In this document: positions 25,706 to 32,043 of the stretch, piece by piece
Layout of the letters: each line of letters begins with the position of its first letter
Numbering within the stretch: position 1 is the first letter of the stretch
Origin: Armatimonadota bacterium
GTDB taxonomy: Bacteria > Armatimonadota > UBA5829 > DTJY01
Assembly (NCBI GenBank): GCA_033808695.1
Contig: JAPXND010000001.1
Span: forward strand, 20,855 to 52,897
Length of the DNA: 32,043 bases
Reading direction: 5' to 3'
Position numbers and translations under genes: made by a program
Notes under the pieces: generated by a model
What the model was told of the DNA's origin: nothing
What the model saw: the letters and a program-made list of their open reading frames with translations, nothing else
The model's database searches: none

Positions 25706-27598
25706 TTATCTTTCAACGGCATCGAATTTGCATGCATCGTAGCAGGCGCCGCATTTTATGCATACTGCCTGGTCTATTACATGCGGCTGCTTTTTCTCAC
25801 CGGTGATTGCATCAACCGGACATTTGCGAGCACAAAGACCGCATCCTATACATTTTTCTGCATTTATTGAATAACTTCGCAATGCCTCACACTGACCTGC
25901 AGGGCATTTTTTATCAACAACGTGTGATATATATTCGTCTTTAAAGTGTTTAAGGGTAGATAGAACAGGATTCGGAGCAGTTTTGCCTAATCCGCAGAGT
26001 GATCCATCTCTTACAGCCAATGCTACTTCTTCTAAAAGATCCAGATCTTCAAGCTTTGCCTGTCCTGCAACTATTTTTTCAAGTATCTGCAGCATACGTT
26101 TTGTGCCTTCTCTGCATAACACGCATTTCCCACAAGATTCTTTTTGTGTAAATTGTGCAAAGAATCTGGCAACCTCTACCATACAGGTGTCTTCGTCCAT
26201 TACAACAAGTCCGCCGCTGCCAACCATTGCTCCAGCATTTTTCAATGAGTCATAATCAAGTGGCAGATCAAGATGTTCAGATGTGAGACATGCACCAGAG
26301 GGACCGCCTATTTGCACTGCTTTAAACGGTTTTCCTGTTAGAATACCTCCGCCTATTTTGAATACAACATCACCAAGTGTTGTACCCATTGGCACTTCTA
26401 TAAGCCCGGTATTTTTTATATCGCCAGTAAGCGCAAAGACCTTTGTTCCTGGAGATTTTTCAACGCCAAAGCTTCTGAACCATTCTGCCCCATTTAGTAT
26501 AATTTTGGGGATATTTGCAAATGTTTCTACATTGTTTACAACAGTGGGTTTTTCCCAAAGTCCTGCCTGAGCAGGGAACGGCGGTTTAGGGCGAGGCATA
26601 CCTCTCCTACCTTCGATAGAGTTTATAAGAGCTGTCTCTTCACCACAAACAAATGCACCTGCACCTTCTTTGATGTGTATATCAAACGAGAATGCACCGC
26701 CTAATATTTTGCTGCCAAGCAGGTTTGCTTCTTCGGCTTGTGCAATAGCAACTCTAAGTCTTTCAATTGCAAGCGGATACTCTGCTCTTACATAGATATA
26801 TCCTTCATCTGCACCGATTGCATAACCGGCTATAACCATGCCTTCCAACAGTGCGTGAGGATTACCTTCCATAATGCTTTCATCCATAAATGCACCAGGG
26901 TCGCCTTCATCAGCATTGCAAACAACATACTTCTTAGCATTTTGAACCTTTTGCGTTAGTTCCCATTTTCTTCCTGTAGGAAATCCGCCGCCGCCACGAC
27001 CTCTTAAGCCAGATTCTTTGACTTCTGCAACAACAGCTTCCGGCGTAAGACCGAAAATTGCTTCTGCAAGAGCTCTGTATCCATCTTGAGAGATATATTC
27101 ACGAATATCTGACGGTTCTATTATCCCTGAGTCTGCCAGAACAATATTAACCTGATCTACATAAAATGGAATTTCATCTTTCTTTTCAAATGTTTTTCCA
27201 GTAACTGCATCTTTATATAGGAGTCTGTCAACTATACTTCCATTGATTATAGTTTGATCAACTATTTCGGCTGCATCTTCGGGGGCAACATGAACATACA
27301 TGATATCTGCCGGGAGTATTCTTACAATTGGACCTACCTGGCAGAAACCGGGGCATCCACTGTATCCAAGTTTTACATTGGATTCATTCTTATTATCAAG
27401 AAAATCTACCAACAAAGGTATATCCTTTTTTTCCATTTCTGATTTAAGCGCTGCATATATTTCCGGAGCGCCATTAGCCATGCATCCGGTTCCTCCGCAT
27501 ACAAGCACTCTTGTGCATCCTTTATTAATGGCAGACACCATCTTGTCTTTGAGGCTGACTAGTTCCTGCGGTGATTTTATTGCTGTCATTGTTTTCAT
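25706..27598 (-). CDS. hydB: NuoF-like flavoprotein subunit of bifurcating hydrogenase (NAD(H)/FMN-binding, Fe-S)
   Basis: The protein has an N-terminal thioredoxin-like 2Fe-2S domain, the FMN/NADH-binding core GGGGFPTGRKWE, a 4Fe-4S motif CGKCVLCREG and two C-terminal ferredoxin motifs (CIGCGLCARKCP; CIKCGACYDACK). Confidence 0.9.
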   Translation of the reverse strand: MKTMTAIKSPQELVSLKDKMVSAINKGCTRVLVCGGTGCMANGAPEIYAALKSEMEKKDIPLLVDFLDNKNESNVKLGYSGCPGFCQVGPIVRILPADIMYVHVAPEDAAEIVDQTIINGSIVDRLLYKDAVTGKTFEKKDEIPFYVDQVNIVLADSGIIEPSDIREYISQDGYRALAEAIFGLTPEAVVAEVKESGLRGRGGGGFPTGRKWELTQKVQNAKKYVVCNADEGDPGAFMDESIMEGNPHALLEGMVIAGYAIGADEGYIYVRAEYPLAIERLRVAIAQAEEANLLGSKILGGAFSFDIHIKEGAGAFVCGEETALINSIEGRRGMPRPKPPFPAQAGLWEKPTVVNNVETFANIPKIILNGAEWFRSFGVEKSPGTKVFALTGDIKNTGLIEVPMGTTLGDVVFKIGGGILTGKPFKAVQIGGPSGACLTSEHLDLPLDYDSLKNAGAMVGSGGLVVMDEDTCMVEVARFFAQFTQKESCGKCVLCREGTKRMLQILEKIVAGQAKLEDLDLLEEVALAVRDGSLCGLGKTAPNPVLSTLKHFKDEYISHVVDKKCPAGQCEALRSYSINAEKCIGCGLCARKCPVDAITGEKKQPHVIDQAVCIKCGACYDACKFDAVER

Positions 27599-28119
27599 TC
27601 TGTGCTCTCCTTCTCTGCAGCTTCTAGTGCATCAAATGCAGCATCAACCTTGTCAGCAGTCATTTGTCCGTAAACTTTACCGTCTACAACAATTGCCGGA
27701 GCTAGTGCACAAGCGCCGATACAGCTTACAACTTCAAATGTATAACGCATATCCGGAGTGGTTTTTTCATCGGGTTTTAATCCAAGTCTTTTTCTGATTG
27801 CGGCTATAACACCTTGATTTTTTCTTACATGACATGCAGTACCATCACAGGCTCTTACCAAGTATTTTCCTTTTGGCTCTAATGAGAACTGTGCGTAGAA
27901 AGTTGCTACGCCATAAACTGTTGCGGGTGGCAGATCTAATGCCGTTGCAACAAAGGTTAATATTTCCTCAGGCAAATATCTATATTCTGCTTGTACCTTT
28001 TGAAGTATAGGAATAAGCGAGCTTTCTGTGGCTCCATATTCTTGTATAATAGATTGAATTCGATCAAATTGTCGTCGGGCTTTGGAGCCAGCTTCTGATT
28101 GCGCTGCTACCTGAACCAA
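27595..28119 (-). CDS. hydC: NuoE-like [2Fe-2S] subunit of bifurcating hydrogenase
   Basis: A TTG start at 28119 lies 7 nt after a perfect AGGAGG and gives a ~174-aa protein. It contains CDGTACHVRKN...CIGACALAP and IVVDGKVYGQMTADKVDAAF. Its stop overlaps the hydB start (ATGA). Confidence 0.85.
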   Translation of the reverse strand: MVQVAAQSEAGSKARRQFDRIQSIIQEYGATESSLIPILQKVQAEYRYLPEEILTFVATALDLPPATVYGVATFYAQFSLEPKGKYLVRACDGTACHVRKNQGVIAAIRKRLGLKPDEKTTPDMRYTFEVVSCIGACALAPAIVVDGKVYGQMTADKVDAAFDALEAAEKESTE

Positions 28120-28148
28120 TTTAGGACCTCCTAATATATTTCTGAAAA

Positions 28149-28781
28149 TTATTTCTCTGATTTTACGCGGAATGATAGAGCAATTAAACCCCAAACAAGT
28201 GATTGGTTTTCTACAATTACATCATCAGGCACGTTTAATTTAGTTGGTGTAAAGTTCCAAATGGATTTTATTCCAGCTGAAACGAGCAGGTCTGTCATTT
28301 CCTGTGCAACATCTGCAGGCACAGTTAGAACTGCCATTTCTATTTTTGATGCTTTAAGCACACCAAATAATTCCGTAGTGTTTCTTACTTTTACACCATT
28401 AATTGTAGTTGATATTACGGCAGGATCGTTATCAAAAATCGCTGATAATTTGTATCCCGATTTTTCCCAGATTCCACTCCCCGCCAGCGCTCTGCCAAGA
28501 TTGCCGCAGCCGATAATGCAGGCATTTTTCTGATTATCAAGATCAAATAGATCTCTGAGCATTCTTATTAGATGAACTATTTCGTATCCAACTTTTGGAC
28601 GTCCATCGCTGCCCATGCCAAATAGATCTTGTCTAACCTTAACAGAGGTTATACCTGTTGCTTCACCAATTTCTGAACTTGTAACGGTTTCCTTGCCTTC
28701 TTTTTGAAATGCTTCAAGCACTTCAAGATACAGCTCCAAACGTACTATGGAGGCTCTTGAAAATCTTTTTAATTTTAGCAT
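28149..28781 (-). CDS. rex: Redox-sensing transcriptional repressor Rex
   Basis: The 210-aa protein has a winged-helix N-terminus (VRLELYLEVLEAFQKEGKETVTSSEIGEATGITSVKVRQDL) and a Rossmann NADH-binding domain (CIIGCGNLGRALAG). GGAG precedes the start. Confidence 0.9.
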   Translation of the reverse strand: MLKLKRFSRASIVRLELYLEVLEAFQKEGKETVTSSEIGEATGITSVKVRQDLFGMGSDGRPKVGYEIVHLIRMLRDLFDLDNQKNACIIGCGNLGRALAGSGIWEKSGYKLSAIFDNDPAVISTTINGVKVRNTTELFGVLKASKIEMAVLTVPADVAQEMTDLLVSAGIKSIWNFTPTKLNVPDDVIVENQSLVWGLIALSFRVKSEK

Positions 28782-28803
28782 AAATATTCTCCATTTATAT
28801 TTG

Positions 28804-28821
28804 TTGTTAATCTTTTAACAA
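28804..28821. promoter_or_regulatory. Rex operator: perfect palindrome TTGTTAA-TCTT-TTAACAA
   Basis: The 18-bp site matches the clostridial-type Rex box TTGTTAA-N4-TTAACAA. It lies between the predicted -10 of the rex-hydCBA promoter and the rex Shine-Dalgarno. Confidence 0.65.
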
Positions 28822-28824
28822 TTT

Positions 28825-28853
28825 ATTTTACTCTTATTGGAAACATATGTCAA
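28825..28853 (-). promoter_or_regulatory. sigma70-type promoter of the rex-hydCBA operon (TTGACA - 17 nt - TAAAAT on the minus strand)
   Basis: The reverse complement of 28822..28870 reads ...TTGACAtatgtttccaataagagTAAAAT..., with the Rex box immediately downstream. Confidence 0.5.
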
Positions 28854-28981
28854 CATATTTTTCTCTTTATTTTATACTACCAAAATATTATAACATAGAG
28901 ACAATAAAATATGAAGGATTAATGGCCAATATTAGTATAATATAATATATTAATAACATAATTTCATCAGGAGAATTTATT

Positions 28982-30130
28982 GTGAATAAATGCTTTCAAA
29001 CAACATTGTTTTTACTGATTGCTTCTATTACAGCTTCATCTTGGGCGATGGACAATGATTCAAAAAACAACAGCAAAATAGAACCTGTTAAAAATTTGGC
29101 ATCGATTATTAATAAATCAATTATGAGAGGTAATAAGGATATCTATTTGCCCGCCGGAACCTACATTGCAGGACCAAAAACAATTGAGATTCACGATAAT
29201 GTGTGTCTGCACGGCGATGGCAATGCAACTGTTATAAGACTTGCAAAGGATACAGGAATTGCATTGAGTTTAGGCAGCGGTTCATCTGTAAGCAAAGTAT
29301 TTATCGACGGCAGTAATGGCAAAGCAGGCAGCGTAGGTGATGGAATAATTGCATTTAAGCAAAATCTAAGTAATATTTTGATAGATTCTGTATCGTTTAA
29401 GGATAGTAAAAGAGCATGTATTGTTACAGATAATACAGATGATATTACAATACAGAATTGCAGGTTTGATAATATTGTTTTGGCAATATCTATTCAATTT
29501 TCCAATAATGTGCGAATATTAAACAATACTGTTAACAACGCAACGCTGCATGGCATTCAGTTCTGGGGAAACTGGAACTGGGAGAGAAAAGACTGCCGAA
29601 ACATACTAATATCCGGGAATATTGTTAAGAATGGCGGAGGAGGCGCTATATGGGGAGCTGGAGCTTCCAATGTTATTGTAACAGGAAATAGTGTAGATGG
29701 TGCAGCGGATGTGGGAATTGATCTTGAATGGTGCGATGATTCAGTAATAAGCGCCAATACTGTAAGCAATTTTGAAAATGGAGGGATTAGTTTGTTTTTT
29801 TCCTGCAATGGTGTGAGCATTACAGGAAATACCATAAAAAACAATAGACCAATAAAAGAATCCATCAACGGATGGTGGGCAAGAGCGGGAATTTGGCTTA
29901 CATATCCAGATAAGAAAACATTTTTAAAGGATGATGGACATAGGAATGTATCTATTACAGGCAACACCATAATCTGCAGTGAAGGTGAATATAGAGCTAT
30001 GTGGATTGGATCAGAATCTGAAAATATAACAATCGGCAATAACAATATCAGCAGCGGTGAAATATGGCAGGGCGGAGGCGATGCAAATCCAATGATAAAA
30101 ATTTCTGATAATACGGTAATAAATAATTGA
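28982..30130 (+). CDS. Secreted right-handed parallel beta-helix repeat protein (pectin-lyase-fold), GTG start
   Basis: The signal peptide is MNKCFQTTLFLLIASITASSWA. It is followed by repeated G-x-N-x-I / NN-x-I beta-helix rungs (ITIQNCRFDN, VRILNNTVNN, ILISGNIVKNG, VIVTGNSVDG, VSITGNTIKNN, VSITGNTIIC). The gene is visibly more AT-rich than its neighbours. Confidence 0.65.
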   Translation: MNKCFQTTLFLLIASITASSWAMDNDSKNNSKIEPVKNLASIINKSIMRGNKDIYLPAGTYIAGPKTIEIHDNVCLHGDGNATVIRLAKDTGIALSLGSGSSVSKVFIDGSNGKAGSVGDGIIAFKQNLSNILIDSVSFKDSKRACIVTDNTDDITIQNCRFDNIVLAISIQFSNNVRILNNTVNNATLHGIQFWGNWNWERKDCRNILISGNIVKNGGGGAIWGAGASNVIVTGNSVDGAADVGIDLEWCDDSVISANTVSNFENGGISLFFSCNGVSITGNTIKNNRPIKESINGWWARAGIWLTYPDKKTFLKDDGHRNVSITGNTIICSEGEYRAMWIGSESENITIGNNNISSGEIWQGGGDANPMIKISDNTVINN

Positions 30131-30347
30131 TTTAAGAATGGTTTATCGAACGTTTAAGCAGGCAATGAATCTGCTTGCTAACGCTGAAAATAATCAAGAT
30201 TACTCTATATAAATATTGTAAACTTTTGAATAATATGCTTTATTAATTTATAATATGGGTAATATATTAACAAATTGACTTTTATTAAATCATTTTGAAT
30301 GTTTTAAGCATTTGCTTAAATCTAAAATGTTTGTTTAGGAAGGAAAT

Positions 30348-31451
30348 ATGATTTACAGACAATTAGGCAAAACAGGATTAAATGTATCACAGCTGGGATT
30401 TGGGGCAATGCGGCTCCCCATGATTGGCGAAGGTGAAAATGCTTCAATAAACAGAGAATTAGCTGTTCCTATGATCCATAAGGCATTTGAATCCGGAGTG
30501 AACTATATAGATACTGCCGTTTTTTACTGTAATGGTGACAGCCAGCGTGTTGTAGGTGAGGCGCTGAAAGGATGGAGAGACAAGATAATTGTATCAACAA
30601 AAAACCATTATTTTGACGAAGATGAGAAGGAATGGTGGACGTATCTTGAACAGAGCCTGGAACGGCTTCAGGTTGAGTATATAGACATATACAACCATCA
30701 TGGACTCAACTGGAACAGTTATGTGAATAATGTTAAACCAAGGGTAAGTAAATGGATGCACAAAGCCAAAGAGCAGGGGCTGATAAAGCATATATGCGGA
30801 TCATTCCATGACAACAACGAGGCTCTGGTCAATATTATAAACGATGGGTATCTGGAAACAATAACCCTTCAATACAATATGCTGGATAGACAGCTTGAAG
30901 AAGGAATTGCGCTAGCACATGAAAAAGGCATCGGCATTATTGTAATGGGTCCGGTGGCTGGCGGTAGACTCGGGGCAACTAGTGACGTATTAACACAATT
31001 GATACCAGCAGTTAAGAAAGTTCCGGAACTTGCTTTAAGATTTGTTCTATCTAATCCAAATGTTACAATTGCTCTTTCAGGTATGAGCACAATGCAACAA
31101 GTAGAGGAAAACGTTGCTACAGCAGCTGATCCCGTAAGCTTGACCGAAGAAGACCAGCAGGCAATTAATGAGCATCTTGTAAGATTGAGAAATATGGCTG
31201 ATTTGTATTGCTCCGGATGCGGATATTGTATGCCATGCGCAAATGATGTAAACATTCCACATATTTTTGCTACATACAATACTGCAAGGGTGTATGGATT
31301 ATGGGAGTCTGCAAGAAATGCATATGCAAAGATTGGCGATGCAAAATCGGCTAAGGCATGCATCCAATGTGGACAGTGCGAAGAAAAATGCCCTCAAAAC
31401 ATCAAAATTATGGAGGAACTGGAAAAGGCGCATGAGGCGCTTTCCAGCTGA
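30348..31451 (+). CDS. Aldo/keto reductase-family oxidoreductase with a C-terminal Cys-rich 4Fe-4S ferredoxin-like domain
   Basis: The AKR fold occupies the N-terminal ~290 aa (GKTGLNVSQLGFGAMRL...YIDTAVFY). The C-terminus carries CSGCGYCMPCANDV and CIQCGQCEEKCPQN. The AGGAAGG Shine-Dalgarno is upstream. Confidence 0.8.
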   Translation: MIYRQLGKTGLNVSQLGFGAMRLPMIGEGENASINRELAVPMIHKAFESGVNYIDTAVFYCNGDSQRVVGEALKGWRDKIIVSTKNHYFDEDEKEWWTYLEQSLERLQVEYIDIYNHHGLNWNSYVNNVKPRVSKWMHKAKEQGLIKHICGSFHDNNEALVNIINDGYLETITLQYNMLDRQLEEGIALAHEKGIGIIVMGPVAGGRLGATSDVLTQLIPAVKKVPELALRFVLSNPNVTIALSGMSTMQQVEENVATAADPVSLTEEDQQAINEHLVRLRNMADLYCSGCGYCMPCANDVNIPHIFATYNTARVYGLWESARNAYAKIGDAKSAKACIQCGQCEEKCPQNIKIMEELEKAHEALSS

Positions 31452-31457
31452 TAAAGT

Positions 31458-31494
31458 AGGCGCTCGTTAATAAGCGAGCGCCTTTCTATTTTTG
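31458..31494. terminator. Bidirectional intrinsic terminator between convergent genes: AGGCGCTCG-loop-CGAGCGCCT followed by TTCTATTTTT
   Basis: A 9-bp GC-rich perfect stem with an 8-nt loop has a U-tract on the plus strand and an A-rich 5' flank that gives a U-tract for the minus-strand transcript. Confidence 0.7.
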
Positions 31495-32043
31495 AAATAT
31501 CAAGCGTCCAAAATACTGAGGAACATGGAAATCGGCAGGTGTGCGAAATGTTGGCTGCCAGCTGCTGAATTCCGGAAATGGTGTAAGATCGATACGAAAG
31601 AAATTAATCCGCCAAACATCACCATCTTCAGGTAAAGGATTAGCTTTATCACTTATAGATGAGAACGGTATCCCCCACTTTACTATCCAGCGAACATCGT
31701 TCATATCTCGCTTGTTTATGCTGCCATCTATGCTGATGTAGTGCATCCATCCTTCGCAATCCCATGCACGATCTACCTTCATGTTCTCTCTGTTTCCGGT
31801 AGGATTATACACGAATGCATCAAATTTTGCGCCAAGCGGATTCATTTCCAGCTCATAATAATTAGCAAGATCACCAGACGGGTTGATGAATGCTTCTACA
31901 ACCTCCTCATCGTAGAGCGGGTCATCATGTTTATACATAGTACCCCAAATATCGGGATCTATACAATTGAAATAGATATAGAGATATTGGGCATCCCAAC
32001 AGGATTTAACAATCGTTTGCCTAGATGGAACACCTGTACCATC
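31486..32043 (-). CDS. Partial CDS (C-terminal ~185 aa in window; N-terminus beyond the right edge); CBM9-like / carbohydrate-binding-domain-like protein candidate
   Basis: The minus-strand frame stays open past the ATG at 31938 to the window end (...DGTGVPSRQTIVKSCWDAQYLYIYFNCIDPDIWGTMYKHDD...). The W-D-x-x-YLY-x-x-F-x-x-x-D pattern resembles family-9 carbohydrate-binding modules. This is a low-confidence call. Confidence 0.35.
   Translation of the reverse strand, partial: DGTGVPSRQTIVKSCWDAQYLYIYFNCIDPDIWGTMYKHDDPLYDEEVVEAFINPSGDLANYYELEMNPLGAKFDAFVYNPTGNRENMKVDRAWDCEGWMHYISIDGSINKRDMNDVRWIVKWGIPFSSISDKANPLPEDGDVWRINFFRIDLTPFPEFSSWQPTFRTPADFHVPQYFGRLIFQK

Noticed and set aside
28120-28194. 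ATG-initiated 199-aa version of hydC extending to 28194 and overlapping the 3' end of rex
   Set aside because: The extension is non-conserved (MGFNCSIIPRKIREIIF...) and would overlap rex by 46 nt. A TTG at 28119 lies 7 nt after a perfect AGGAGG and gives a NuoE-sized 174-aa product.
1-32043. CRISPR arrays, IS elements, integrases, toxin-antitoxin pairs and restriction-modification or other defence genes
   Set aside because: I saw no repeat-spacer periodicity, no transposase- or recombinase-like ORF and no nuclease or helicase defence-type proteins. All large ORFs are accounted for by metabolic, housekeeping or redox functions.

Overview
The window is a chromosomal segment from a low-GC, apparently anaerobic bacterium. 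Most genes start with an AGGAGG/GGAG-type Shine-Dalgarno, and several use TTG or GTG starts. I saw no CRISPR array, rRNA or tRNA gene, transposase or integrase. Genes are listed from left to right. (1) mutS2 on the minus strand, nearly complete, with its C-terminal Smr domain running off the left edge. (2) A CaCA-like polytopic membrane transporter and a class-III aminotransferase closely resembling putrescine aminotransferase (YgjG/PatA-like). (3) A GH94 glycoside phosphorylase, followed on the same strand by a 65-aa Cys-rich protein, a YqiJ/NfeD-like membrane protein with a His/Asp-rich loop, a flotillin-like SPFH protein, and a small protein with a beta-carbonic-anhydrase-like CxDxR motif that appears frameshifted. 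(4) A minus-strand housekeeping operon, folK - GspF/PilC-like platform protein - J-domain/TPR membrane protein - panB - panC - cysS. (5) selB and an ACT-domain malic enzyme. (6) A long minus-strand redox locus: rex, hydC, hydB and hydA (an NuoE/NuoF-like electron-bifurcating [FeFe]-hydrogenase with all three H-cluster motifs), a standalone thioredoxin-like [2Fe-2S] protein, a PAS-containing sensory [FeFe]-hydrogenase homologue (HydS-like, with TSACP in place of TSCCP), and a SpoIIE/PP2C phosphatase. A perfect clostridial-type Rex operator, TTGTTAA-N4-TTAACAA, overlaps the rex promoter. (7) A GTG-started secreted parallel beta-helix protein, an aldo/keto reductase fused to a 4Fe-4S domain, a strong bidirectional intrinsic terminator, and a partial CBM9-like gene at the right edge. 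The most system-like feature is the HydS / [2Fe-2S] / PP2C putative H2-sensing module attached to the Rex-controlled hydCBA operon. Other unusual points are an orphan GspF-like gene paired with a J-domain/TPR membrane protein inside a biosynthetic operon, the metal-motif-rich cluster next to the flotillin gene, and an orphan selB.
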